DNA of 64,000 nt from Octopus sinensis (Eukaryota). The translations under genes and the position numbers were made by a program. The stretch is taken from the NCBI RefSeq assembly GCF_006345805.1, contig NC_043009.1, forward strand, positions 32,116,001 through 32,180,000, written 5' to 3'. Positions 1 to 12,224 of this stretch are shown in pieces. Within the stretch, counting starts at the first letter, position 1, and each line of letters begins with the position of its first letter. The notes under the pieces were generated by a model, which had not been told where the DNA came from, searched no databases, and saw only the letters and a program-made list of their open reading frames with translations.

Positions 1-123
1 AATTATTTTTAAAGCCCTGTGCATGAAGTATAGAAATTATATATATAATGTGTGTCAGTGTGAGCGCATGTGTGCATGTGTGAATATATATATGTGGATA
101 TATTATGTATGTATGTCATTGTT

Positions 124-224
124 CAGTTTTATTTCAAGATTTCTTGTCAGTAGAGAAAGAGCCGGTTTCTAACCTAGATTCAAGGCTCCTCCATTGGAAT
201 TTCAGCATCAACAACAGGGTATTT
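124..224 (+). repeat. Interspersed repeat fragment, probably a LINE/SINE 3' end; second copy at 60556-60652 in opposite orientation
   Basis: GAGCCGGTTTCTAACCTAGAT..CAAGG..CATTGGAATTTCA.CATCA matches the reverse complement of 60556-60652. Confidence 0.6.
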
Positions 225-320
225 TTGTATGTATGTATGTTTTATGTGTGTATTCTAATGCATATAGTTGCATATCTAGACATGCTCATATACATTTAAA
301 TGATAAACTTCTGTATGTAT

Positions 321-731
321 TTACTCTTTTTCTCTTTTACTCTTTTACTTGTTTCAGTCATTTGACTGCGGCCATACTGGAGCATCGCCTTTAATCGTGC
401 AACTCGGCCCCGGGACTTATTCTTTTGTAAGCCCAGTACTTATTCTATCGGTCTCTTTTGCTGAACCGCTAAGTAACGGGGACGTAAACACACCAGCATT
501 GGTTGTCAAGCAGTGCTAGGGGGACAAACACAGACACACAAACACACACACGCATATATATATACATATATACGACGGGCTTCTTTCAGTTTCTGTCTAC
601 CAAATCCACTCACAAGGCTTTGGCCGGCCCGAGGCTATAGTAGAAGACACTTGCCCAAGGTACCATACAGTGGGACTGAACCCAGAACGATGTGGTTGGT
701 AAACAAGCTACTTACCACACAGCCACTCCTG
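321..731 (-). mobile_element. tRNA-derived SINE family A (internal TA/TG microsatellite), near full length
   Basis: Reverse complement of the intact copy at 17067-17480: tRNA-like head with A and B boxes, CCTTGGGCAAG, internal (TA)/(CA) run, (AAAAGAGT)n tail. Confidence 0.9.
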
Positions 732-1144
732 TGAATGATTTTTCTTTGAGTCTTATCCTGAAAGAGATCAAGCCAGTTGCTAATGAAGTGACAAAAATTT
801 TTGAGTTAGGAGACATTCCAGTGTTTGTAAATGTGTGGTTGAGTTGATGTGTTGGTTGAACTGTCGATGTATACACCCAACAGTGTGCATCTATTCACAT
901 AAGAATTTCAGATGAAGAATTTTTGAAATGTTTTATAGATCTTCACTGTGCCACTAATAAATCAGTTTCTTTTAATTTTTTCTTGTGAAACTGAGTATTT
1001 CTAGGTTTTTGTGCAAATTTGTTGGTACATAACCTAATGTACCCTTGATGATAGGTACATAGTCAGGATATGTATGTATTACTCATATTACCTTGTGACA
1101 CCGTTGAAATAGTTCAAACCAAAGAGATTTTCAAACAATAGTTT

Positions 1145-1525
1145 ATTCCCACTCCCAATGTATGATATCTTGAGCAAGCATCTTCTACTATAGCCTTGAG
1201 ACAACCAAAAGCTTATGAGTACACTTGATAGATGGAAACTGAAAGAAGCCCACCATATATATATATATATATGTAATTATGTATATATCAATGTGTGTAT
1301 CTTCGTGTCAGTCTTTGTAACACCACCGCAATCCCCACCATTGGTGTTGGTGTGTTTACCTCCCTCTACTTAGTAGTTCGGCAAAAGAAACCAATAGAAT
1401 AAGTACTAGGCTAACAAAGAATAAGTCCAGGTGGGGTGGGGGTTGATTTATTCAATTAAAACACTGCAAAGTGGTGCTCCAGCATGGCCACAGTCGAAAT
1501 GACTGAAGCAAGTAAAAAAATAAGA
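1145..1525 (+). mobile_element. SINE family A, diverged, 5' degenerate
   Basis: CTTGAGCAAGCATCTTCTACTATAGCC ... GGTGCTCCAGCATGGCCACAGTC ... GACTGAAGCAAGTAAAA. Confidence 0.85.
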
Positions 1526-1740
1526 GAGTATGTGTGTGTGTATGTGTGTGTGAATGTGTGTGCATGTGTATGCATGTGTGTTTGTATATGTACACATGTA
1601 TTAACATATATTTATATACATGTATATGCATATATATATGTGTATATATATATATTTATATCGATGTAAATATATATATGTGTGTGCCTACATATACACA
1701 TATCATATGAGGCTTCACAAGCAGTGCCCCATACACTTAA

Positions 1741-1936
1741 CCCTTTAGCATTCAATTTTCTTTGTCCAGTTTATTTGATTCACATTGTTTTAAATTGATT
1801 TCAAGATTTCAATGGTGCGTTTGTATATTTCTAGAATGACATTGTTGGGAAGGGATGAGAGTTTGGATGTGGTCAATTTTAACCAAAAACAGGTAGTGTA
1901 CTTGGGCCATATATGACCGGTTTAACTGCTAAAAGT
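1741..1936. mobile_element. piggyBac-type MITE with TTAA target duplication
   Basis: TTAA-CCCTTTAGCATT ... TGCTAAAAGT-TTAA; homologous in opposite orientation to 6086-6305. Confidence 0.7.
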
Positions 1937-2115
1937 TTAAGCTTGCCTCATTTGATGGTTTCAATTAATAATGCTATATTCCTATACAATACTTTGCTCA
2001 ACAAACGTTGCTATCAAAAACATCCTCCAGTCACTCAAACAGCTTTGTATACGTTCTATTTTGCAGTCTAAATAACATACATATACATACATGTGTGTAT
2101 GTATGCATACATATA

Positions 2116-2580
2116 TTGGGTCATCCCATAAATAATGTGGTTTTTGCAACTGCATGAACTAAAAGTCAGAGTGGGACAGGATAAACTACCTGCATCAACT
2201 ATAAAAGCAAGTAGTAATTTTACTTTGTCCTTATTCTTAGAGCAAGTTTTGAAGAGTGCAGTTCAATTTTAACAGATATTTTCCCAAAGCTATAATGGAA
2301 GTGACAAAGGAGCATATTCAACATATTTTGCTTTATGAGTTCAATAAATGCAACATGGCAATGGAAAGTGTGAAGAATATTAATGCAGTATATGGGGATC
2401 GGACAATATGCGTAGAAATTCCAAGCCAGAAACTACAGCCTGGAAGATGAGCCACATCCTGGAAGTTATGCAGAGCTGGATGAGGACATCCTACAAACCC
2501 TGGTGGAACAAAATCCCATTGTAAGTGTTGGGAAACCAGCAGAGAAGCCTGGATTTGGTCATTGAACCATTCATTAACAC
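2116..2580 (+). mobile_element. Mariner (Tc1/mariner) transposon 5' fragment, decayed transposase N-terminus
   Basis: TA + TTGGGTCATCCCATAAATAATG TIR-like start. Reads MEVTKEHIQHILLYEFNK..NINAVYGD, then after a frameshift KFQARNYSLEDEPHPG..LDEDILQTLVEQNP, typical of the mariner HTH region. Confidence 0.85.
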
Positions 2581-2599
2581 CAACACTAGAAGAAAAATG

Positions 2600-2703
2600 A
2601 CCAGCCCGACACTATTGTACAAGAACCTTGCCCAAATTACAATGCAGTAGCACTGAACCTAGAACCATGTGGTTGGGAAGCAAGGCTTCTAACAACACAG
2701 CCA
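2600..2703 (-). mobile_element. SINE family A head fragment
   Basis: CTTGCCCAA..GCAGTAGCACTGAACCTAGAACCATGTGGTTGGGAAGCAAG..ACACAGCCA. Confidence 0.7.
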
Positions 2704-4139
2704 ATTAGTAAATTGTTTGATGGATATTAGATGAAAGAGAGTTTGGCATATATTGGTCATTAGCCTCTAGGTTGTTCACTTGTTCACATGAATCCCACGG
2801 CGGTAAACCTATTCTATGGAGAGCGAATATGTAAATACTTGCTCCAGGAGCAGCTATTTATGAGTACACTGCATTTCATCTGCTTTTTCCTAAAAGCAAG
2901 ACGCGCTGCCGTAAAAATTAATGCCTATAAAAACAATATAAAATAAATTGGTAAATGCTGTTCCTTATTTTAAAAAGAAAATAGAGAATTCCTAGACTTT
3001 GTTCCATATGTTTGCAAGTTGATAAGCAGCTGCATATATTTTCAGACTTATTATCCCATTATTAGTTAATATTGTTTAATATACTTCATTTCATTCATTT
3101 TTCTTTGGTTCACTATGAAGAAACCGAGGAATTTTTGCAAGAAATTCAATTGCCATTCTCTCTCGCACTTTCTACACTTTCTCTTTAATATTCTTCTTTT
3201 TCTCAATTTTGTATTTCTTTAAATTATACATACACACTTTTCTCTCATTCGCTGTTTGTCTCTCATTCTCTTTCCCGTTCTTTCTTTCACTAATTTTCTT
3301 TAAATCATCTGCATACACACACATGCAGACATCTATATATCTGAATGTATTAATACGTAGGCATATATATAAAATATATATATGATTTTGCTTGTATTTT
3401 TTCTTTGGGAAACTACAGAAATATCTCGATTTTAAAATTTCATTGAATTTCATTTGGCTTTATGAAGGAAAAAAATTCTATGGCTTCAGAAAAATCCAGA
3501 CAGATTAAATCCAAATTTCTATGCTTATTTGATGTGTTTTGAAAACTTAACTTAATATACCAATGTCGAAAGAGTAGTGTAAAACATATTTGTGAGACAC
3601 AAATTATCCATTTTATTCGTGTGTTATTTTGATTATTGCTGTTGGTGTTGTTGTTGATGTTGTTGTTGCTGCTGTTGTTGTTGTTTTACTTCTTTTTACT
3701 GATGATACTGGTGATGCTGTTAGTGATGCTAGCGATGCTAGTGATGTTAGTGGTGGTGGTGGTGGTGGTGGTGGTGGTGGTGGTGTTTTTGTCAAGTTAG
3801 TAATCTATTTCGAAGATTTTTATTTTATTAGTACACTAAAGTCAGACAGTCGTTAAGAAATAGATAAATGAAAAAGATGGAGAATGGCAGAGGGAGAGAG
3901 AGAGGGAGAGAGAGAGAGGGAGAAAGAGAGAGAGAGAGAGGGAAGGTTATAGTCATATGTATATATATGTGTGTGACTGTGTGTGTGTGTGTATATATAT
4001 ATATATCCATATATATATATATAGATACACACACACACATATATATATATACATACACACTCACATACACACACACACACACATACACAGATTTATAAAT
4101 ACACATGCGCATTTATGTGTATATAGATGTATGCATGTG

Positions 4140-4198
<59 letters not shown>

Positions 4199-5668
4199 TA
4201 GGCATATATATATATGCACACACACACATATACTTGTATATATGCATATATGCATATATATATACTTATATGCATGTATTTATAACTGCATAGACATACA
4301 TATTTACAATATGAACATAATGTATTATGCATACATATATTATACATACTTTTAAACACATGTATACACACATACACATATACAGATATGCATGTGGGCG
4401 TGTGTGTGTAAGTGTGCATGCATATATATAATTATATGCATACATATATTTCATATATATATGTGTGTGTGTGTGTATATTAAATTAGCTGAGAGAGATT
4501 GAGAAAGACAGACAGACAGACAGACAGAGACAGAGAGAAAGAGAGAGATGGAGTGAAAGAAAGAAGGAGGGTGTAGAAGATATTTGAAACTCTTCAGGGT
4601 TCCTGTTGGCAATCAAAATGACATTTAGAATGTGAAATTCAGTTAAGATTTATATTTAGTTTAGTGAGAAATGAAAATAAGGAAAAAAAAAAATGTAAAA
4701 AAAAAAATACAGAAAACAATAAAACAAAAAAACAACAATGAAATATAAAATATATATATATATATATTGTAAAGTGAAGCAAATCAGCAATAACAAAAGA
4801 AAAGTGTAAAAGAACAATAAGAACAAGAATAACCACAACAACAACAACAATAAGCACAATAAGAAACAACATCAACAACAACAAAAGAAAAAATTATTCT
4901 TTTCTATAAGACAAGTAAAAGATAAATGGTTGCTATTGAAAACGATTTGTTTTAATGGAATAAATACAGGAAAAATATTGATAAAATATCCTTTGGTTTA
5001 TGTTGCAGCTAGTTCAATAACAAAACAGTCGTGTTATTTCTACAGGAAAGATGGAGATGTACATATTGTGTGTGTGTGTGTGTGCATGCGTGTCTGTATA
5101 TGTGTGTGTGAGTGTGATTCTGTGTTTGTGTTTGTGTGTGTATGACACTCTACTAACAATAAGATATAAGTAAATAATATTGGAGTATGGTGAAATTCTG
5201 TTAAACAAACATTGTGAATATTAAGATTCCAACAACAGCATTAAACTCTACCAGATGAATACTGCTTTTTATGGAAACATAATCGACGGATATGATTTAA
5301 GTATAATTGTATTGATCATTCCTTATTTTATTTTACTTGAAAATATATATTGGCTTGAAGGAGCCAAGGAAAGGAAAGGTATAAACATGATACTGGCTGT
5401 TGTTCTGATATTCCAGTTTGCCAAAAATGTCTGAAACTTTCCCAGTATATGGAATACTTTTTGTACCGTTTTACTCTTTTCCATCATGAGACTGTGACCA
5501 TGCTGGGGTATCACCTTGAAGAATTTTAGTCAAAAGAATCAACTCCAGTACATATTTTTTAAAGCCTGGTACACACCCTAATGGTTGCGCTTGCCAAACT
5601 GCATATGGGGACATAAATACAACAACACTTGGTTCAAGAAGTGATGGAGACACACACACATATAAGAG

Positions 5669-5812
5669 GGCTTCTTTCAGTTTCTGTCAACCACATCTGC
5701 TCACAAGGCTTTGATCAGCCCAAGGCTATAATAGAAGGCATTTGCCCAAGGTGCCATGCAGTGGAACTGAACCCAGAACCATGTGGTTGGGAAGCAAACT
5801 TCTTACCACACA
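5669..5812 (-). mobile_element. SINE family A 5' half; a decayed tail fragment lies at about 5470-5560
   Basis: GGGCTTCTTTCAGTTTC..CACAAGGCTTTG..GCCCAAGGTGCCATGCAGTGGAACTGAACCCAGAACCATGTGG. Confidence 0.8.
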
Positions 5813-6085
5813 GGTACACTTGATCACGTGTGATTTCTATTTTTGTTCACTCAAATGACTTATTTGAGTTTCTTTGTTGGTTTAAACTGGAGTTAACGTG
5901 ATGGGCAAAAATCCTTCTCCCCTCACTGACATCACTCGCAAAATAATGAAACAATTAGTTTGACAAATGTTTTAATAGATTAATGAATGATTAAGATTAA
6001 AATGAGATATTAACAAAGCCCTGGTGAGGAATATTATTTTTACATTAAAAACATTTTCACTGTTGCAAATTCAGACGTTCTTTAA

Positions 6086-6305
6086 CACTTTAGCATTTAA
6101 AATGACCATATCCAGCCCAAATATTCTTCTTGCTTTATACTGAAACCAGCAAGATCCAACCTCTTACACATAACCTACAATGTCATTCTAAAAATAAACA
6201 ATCACATCATCAAAATCACAAAGCTATGAGATAATTCATGATTGATTCAAAACAATGCAATTAAGTAAATGTTACATTTGACAGAATAATTTGAATGCTA
6301 AAGGG
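6086..6305. mobile_element. piggyBac-type MITE with TTAA target duplication
   Basis: TTAA(6082-6085)-CACTTTAGCATT ... AATGCTAAAGGG-TTAA(6306-6309) terminal inverted repeats. Confidence 0.75.
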
Positions 6306-6482
6306 TTAATACATCCAGAAAAGAACCACCTATAGACATTTCAAGCCTTTGGTCCACAGATTTTCTGTCCCCACTCCATCTGTTTCTGCCACAACTGTCT
6401 CTGTTCCCTGGAAGTGGCGAGACTCATGTCATCTCTACTCAGGAGACCCAAGACCAAACACCGATCTTCCTTTGATCTGTGT

Positions 6483-6798
6483 GGAACCTTGGGCAAGTGT
6501 CTTCTACTATAGCCCCATGCTGACCAAAGCGTTTAGTAGATTTGGTAGACAGAAACTGAAAGAAGCCCGTCGTATGTGTGTGTGTGTGTTTGTGTGTCTG
6601 TGTTTGTCCCCCAACCATCAATTGACAACCGATGTTGGTGTGTTTACATCCCCGTAATTTAGTGGTTTGGCAAAAGAGACTGATAGAATAAGTACTAGGC
6701 TTACAAAGCATAAGTCCTGGGGTCGATTTGTTCGACTAAAGTCAGTGCTCCAGCATGGCCACAGTCAAATGATTGAAATAAGCAAAAGAATAAAAGGA
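6483..6798 (+). mobile_element. SINE family A, 5' truncated
   Basis: ACCTTGGGCAAGTGTCTTCTACTATAGCC through GTGCTCCAGCATGGCCACAGTCAAATG. Confidence 0.85.
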
Positions 6799-7451
6799 TT
6801 TATAAGTTGGCATTAGAACAAGTATTACAATACTGTATATAAACATGAGGTGTTGCAGAGTGGAACTGAGCTAAAACCACATTGTCTAGAAGCAAACTTC
6901 TTAACCATAATTCAATGCAATTCTTATTTACCGAATTCACTACAAATTTGGAGTTGCCCCTGAGCTAAAAGCAAAAGACATCCTCACAGGAGATATGCAG
7001 TGGCTTTCTAACTAAAACCATAATGGTGCAATGTGAATTTCTTAGTTGCACAGGCATGTCTTAGTTGAAATATATTTCTAGTCACATGCAAATACATCCA
7101 CACATATATATATATATGTAGTGTGTGTGTATATGTATTTCGGATGTTGTGCATATATACATATCCATTCATTATATGTAGATGTCTATGTGTATATGTA
7201 TTTATGTGTATATGTATATATGTATGTGTGCATGTATGTACGTTTGTATGTATGCATGTATGTACATATATGTATGTCTAAATACAGGTATATATCTATG
7301 TGTATTTTTGTGTCTATGTATATGTGTGTGTGTGCATACATATATGTATGTATATACATATATGTATAGATATAGATGTGTGTATATATGTATATATATA
7401 TATGTGTGTGTGTGTGTGAGTGCGTGTATGTGTATATATATTTATATACAT

Positions 7452-7625
7452 CATCATCGTTTAACATTCACTTACCATGCTGGCATGGGTCGGACGATTT
7501 GACTGAGGACTGGCGAACCAGATGGCTGCACCAGCTCCAATCCGTTCTGGTGGAGTTTCTACGGCTGGATGTCCTTCCTAATGCCAACCACTCCAAGAGT
7601 GTAGTGGGTGCTTTTATGTGCCACT
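7452..7625 (-). mobile_element. RTE-type LINE 3' tail fragment with (GAT)n tail
   Basis: TTTAAC..CCATGCTGGCATGGGT..GCTGGATG.CCTTCCTAA.GCCAACCA matches the 3' UTR attached to the RTE ORF at 21728-22520. Confidence 0.75.
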
Positions 7626-7671
7626 GAAACGATGTACAGTCAGGTGGTACATATATATATATATATATATA

Positions 7672-7835
7672 CATGATAGATTACTAGCCACTAAACCTTT
7701 TTTGTTTTCTCTGCTTATTTCTGTGTTCCTTTCTGTTGAAGAACGTAGGCTTGAAAGACTTTCTCACTTCCTGAGCTAATGCTCAGGAAGTGAGAAAGTC
7801 TTTCAAGCTAACATATCTGTTTGTTGTAAACACAA
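7672..7835 (+). mobile_element. Short PLE-derived repeat (hammerhead family 1) carrying a local fold-back
   Basis: Homologous to 41229-41416 and 48500-48683 (TTCCTTTCTG(T/C)TGAAGA.CGTAGGCT.GAAA); begins next to (TA)n. Confidence 0.6.
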
Positions 7836-7970
7836 AGAGGCGAGCTTTAACAGGTTGCCTTACATACTAGAAGAAACAGTCAAAAAGTTCAAACCACAGT
7901 TAAGAGCAATTTCGAAGGGAATAAAATATAAAAACATTTACCATGTTTTATATATATATATATTATATAT

Positions 7971-8935
7971 ATCAACAATCAAGGAACGGCCATGATAGGC
8001 CATTCACCCACTAGAAATAAGAGCCAAAGCTTCAACCGCAATAAATAATTCCGTAAACAGGAGAAAATTTAAAAAACATTTACCCTGTAATTTCTTGTAC
8101 GATGCACCGTTTCATCTGCTGTTTAATGGTAAACTAACCTGATTAAATTAAATCAAGCCAATCTTCCATAGGCCCTCAGATTCTTCAGCAAGAAATAGCC
8201 AAGTCGGAACAGATATTTTCACGAGGCATTTCAAACCCTGCCAGGTAATATCTGACCTAAAATTTTCAAATCGTCGCACTCGCGCGCCAATTTATCGGCA
8301 GCAAATAAATATAAGCCGTCGATTCCATTACGGAATTAACCAGAAAATTCATAATTAATCAATATAGGGTGGCAGAAAAAATTTTGTAGAATTCTTTTTG
8401 CTACCAGCGGCCTAGTGGGAAAAAATTAAATAGTCATAGACCATTTTTAAGTTCAACATCAACAATCAAGGAACGGCCATGATAGGCCATTCACCCACTA
8501 GAAATAACAGCCAAAGCTTCAACCGCAAATAAAGATTAATTCCGTAAACAGGAGAAAATTTAAAAAACATTTACCCTGTAATTTCTTGTACGTGCAACCG
8601 TTCATCTGCTGTTTAATGGTAAACTAACCTGATTAAATTAAATCAAGCCAATCTTCCATAGGCCCTCAGATTCTTCAGCAAGAAATAGCCAAGTCGGAAC
8701 AGGAGGCATTTCAAACCCTGCCAAGGTAATATCTGACCTAAAATTTTCAAATCGTCGCACTCGCGCCAAATTTATCGGCAGCAAATAAATATAAGCCGTC
8801 GATTCCATTACGGAATTAACCAGAAAATTCATAATTAATCAATATAGGGTGGCAGAAAAAATTTTGTAGAATTCTTTTTGCCACCAGCGGCCTAGTGGGA
8901 AAAAATTAAATAGTCATAGACCATTTTTAAGTTCA
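7971..8935 (+). repeat. Tandem duplication of about 480 bp (7971-8455 and 8458-8935)
   Basis: Both copies run from ATCAACAATCAAGGAACGGCC to CCATTTTTAAGTTCA; differences are mostly small indels. Confidence 0.95.
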
Positions 8936-9504
8936 TATGTACACACACACACACACACACATATTTGTACACATATACATACATAAACCTCAAAAGTCTG
9001 TTGTCATCCATTCCAAAAGCATTATATTATTAAAGAAAATGAAGCAAAACAATGAAAGTAAAAAAAAAACAGTAAACAGCAAAATAAATAAATAAATAAT
9101 AAATAAATAAATAAATAAATAAAGCTGATGGTATTGTTTGTTGTGAAGTGGATTCAGTCGAGCAAATGATGCACAGAGATATGCATGTTTGATTAGATTG
9201 TCACAGGTTTTCCCTGGCTGCTCTTTAATTTCTGTCATTCTTTCTCAGCTTATATTTTCTTTGAATAATTCTTCAGATAATTTAAACAGTTTCTGTTGCT
9301 CAGAAATGAACAGTGTATCAGTGTATATATGCCCAAATATATGTGTGAGTGTGTGTGTGTAAAGGTTGCTGTCTGTGAGTGCATTTGTGTGCGTATATAA
9401 GTGTGTTTCTGTGTCATACGTGTGTAATTATAAAAATTGCAAAGCTAATAACCAAATATATTAACAGCCAACTTGACTCAGAGGACGATACATCTCTTGA
9501 TTAC

Positions 9505-9661
9505 CATAATAACAACAACAACAACAGCAACAGTAGTAACACTAATAATAATGATAATAATTATAATAATAATAACAATAATAATGATAATAATAATAAT
9601 AATAATAATAATGATAGTAATAATAATAATAAAATAATAATAATTTTAATAATAATCATAA

Positions 9662-9712
<51 letters not shown>

Positions 9713-9810
9713 GTAGTAGTAATAACAACGATGATGATGATGATGATGATGATGAAGATGATGATGAAGATGAAGATGATAATGATGATAACAATAACAA
9801 CAATACCAAT
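9505..9810. repeat. Compound (AAT)/(GAT) trinucleotide microsatellite
   Basis: Direct inspection. Confidence 0.95.
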
Positions 9811-9889
9811 ATTGATAAAATAGTAATACTATTAATAATGTTTTTGTTTTTTTATTAAAGTAAAGAGATTGTAGTTTTTAATCAGTGAG

Positions 9890-10223
9890 GTTAATTGATG
9901 CCATTCTCCCCAGTATTTAACTGTTACTTTATTTCATTGATGAAAGGTTCAGCTGACCTCACTTGGATTTGAACTCACAATATAAAGAGCTGTAATAAAC
10001 TGCGCAAAACGTTTTTCCTGGATCTCTAGTGATTCTGTCTAATCTTTTCTACTCTAGGCACAAGGCCTGAAAGTTTGGAAGAGAGGAGCCAGTCGATTAG
10101 CTTAAGCCTAAAGGAGGAAAGGCAAAGTCGCCCTCGGCAGAATTTGAACCCAAAATGTAAAGACAGACGAAATACTGCTAAGCATTTCGCCCAGCGTGCT
10201 AACGATTGTTCCAGCTAGCAGCC

Positions 10224-10225
<2 letters not shown>
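9890..10225 (-). mobile_element. Two adjacent copies of SINE family B (tRNA head plus Meta-like body); the first is decayed
   Basis: Reverse complement of GTTAGCACGC.GGGCGAAATGCTTAGC..GTTCAAATTCTGCCGAGG.CGACTTTGCCTTT, as at 37542. Confidence 0.75.
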
Positions 10226-10263
<38 letters not shown>

Positions 10264-10281
10264 TGATGATGATGAATAATA

Positions 10282-10367
<86 letters not shown>

Positions 10368-10500
10368 CATAATAATAATAATAATCATAATAATAATAAT
10401 AATCATAATAGTAATAATAATGATAATAGTAATAATAATGATGATAAAATTATTATAACAACAATAATAATAATTATAATAATAATAATAATAATAATAA
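10226..10500. repeat. (TAA)/(TGA) microsatellite upstream of Dong-like LINE
   Basis: Direct inspection. Confidence 0.95.
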
Positions 10501-11160
10501 TTGGAGTATAAATTAAGACATGACAGAGTTGGCCAATATCTACACTGGCTAATAAGTCGGCATTACAATATCAAAACTGCCGACAAGTGGTATAATCACT
10601 ACCCTGAAGCTGTAACTGAAGGAGAAAATGTAACGATTCTGTGGGACTTTCCAGTGCATACAGACCGAACCATCAAAGCCAATAAACCAGATATTGTTGT
10701 GAAAGACAAAAACAATAAAGTTTGCTTATTGATCGACATGAGCATCCCCTGTGATCATAATATCTCGGCGAAAGAGTTTGACAAGCTCAGAAAATATAAA
10801 GACCTGCTCATTGAAATTGAGAAAAGGTGGCATCTCAAGGCGGTTACAATACCAGTGATCGTAGGAGCACTAGGAATGATCAAGAAAAGAACCGAAAATT
10901 ATATGAGAATGATCCCTGGCTTACCATCCCTGCAAGAAGTGCAAAAGATTGTCTTAACTGGTACATCACACGTATTGAGAAGAGCATTGTCGCTGTGAGA
11001 GCTGTTACTGCCCATGTATTTTAATTTAACCTTAAAAAAAAAATGAACGAACTATTGAGTTTGGTTTAATGGCCTACCAATGTATGAGTTTCTTTGCCCT
11101 AGGAGTTGGGAAGACGCTCGGCAAGAAATGGAAGCAAATTTGAAAGAAGAAGAAAAAAAA
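10501..11160 (+). mobile_element. R4/Dong-clade non-LTR retrotransposon, 5' truncated: restriction-like endonuclease domain plus 3' UTR
   Basis: HDRVGQYLHW..ILWDFPVHTD..KPDIVVKD..LLIDMSIP..K..KYKDL..PVIVGALG is the PD-(D/E)xK RLE signature; (TAA)n on both sides. Confidence 0.92.
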
Positions 11161-11173
11161 ATAATAATAATAA

Positions 11174-11335
11174 TCCTTTCTACTGGAGGTACAAAGCCTG
11201 AAAGTTTGGGAATAGAGTTGATTTGATGCCATGAACCCCAGTATTCAACTGGTACTTATTTCATTGACCCCCAAAAAAGGATGAAGGGTGCAGTCTACTT
11301 CAGTGAGATTTGAACACAATATAAAAGCAGAAAAA
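11174..11335 (-). mobile_element. SINE family B, decayed
   Basis: AATCCTTTCTACT..CCTGAAAGTTTG..CCCCAGTATTCAACTGGTACTTATTT..GGATGAAGGG..GATTTGAAC. Confidence 0.7.
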
Positions 11336-11384
11336 CTAATAAGAATAATATTAACACTGAAAATGATGTTACTGGTAATACAGA

Positions 11385-11463
11385 TGAGGATGATGATGAT
11401 GATGATGATGATGTTGATGATGAGGATGATGATGATGATGATGAAGACGATGATGATGATGAC

Positions 11464-11497
<34 letters not shown>

Positions 11498-11669
11498 GTG
11501 ATGATTGATGATCATGATGGTGATGATGATAATTATAACAACGATGACATCGATGATGATGATGATGAAGATGATAATGATGATGATGATGACCTCGACA
11601 GCGATAATGATGATGATGTTGATAATGATGGCAGCGATAGTGATGATGATGATGACGACGATGATGATG

Positions 11670-11710
<41 letters not shown>

Positions 11711-11848
11711 TGATGATCATGATGGTGATGATGATAATGCTAACAACGACAACATCGATGATGATGATGATGATGAAGATGATAATGATGATGATGATGA
11801 CCTCGACAACGATAATGAAGATGATGTTGATAATGATGGTAGTGATAG

Positions 11849-11882
<34 letters not shown>

Positions 11883-11885
11883 AAT
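11385..11885. repeat. (GAT)n array containing a 205-bp higher-order duplication
   Basis: GATGATCATGATGGTGATGATGATAAT..GACCTCGACA.CGATAATGA recurs at 11507 and 11712. Confidence 0.9.
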
Positions 11886-12224
11886 AATAATTGTTATTTG
11901 AAAATTTCCATGGGGAATGTTGATGCTGATGCATTAGTTATTCGAAGTAGATAACAACAAAATTTGGCGCGAGCTGTTAAAAATGGAAATCAAATTAGCT
12001 GGAGTGTAAATTCCCAGAATAAAACAAGCTGCAGTTTTTCAATCAATTAAAATACCCATGTTCCATTAGATTTCCACCAAATTCAATATGTATTCAGAAA
12101 TATAAGTTAAATTGTACAGAAGATGAAAACATAGGAGTGCTTGCCTGTCTGTCCGTCTGTTTGTCTGAGTGCTCACATGTTTATGTATATATATCTACCT
12201 GTCAAACAGTCGAGTTTAACAACC

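Noticed and set aside
9379-9858. Poly-Asn/Asp ORF
   Set aside because: Translation of a compound AAT/GAT microsatellite; stop-poor by composition, no splice or start context.
11288-11954. Poly-Asp, poly-Met and poly-His ORFs suggesting a biomineralisation or metal-binding protein
   Set aside because: Three overlapping frames are open only because of (GAT)n; identical arrays occur throughout the window.
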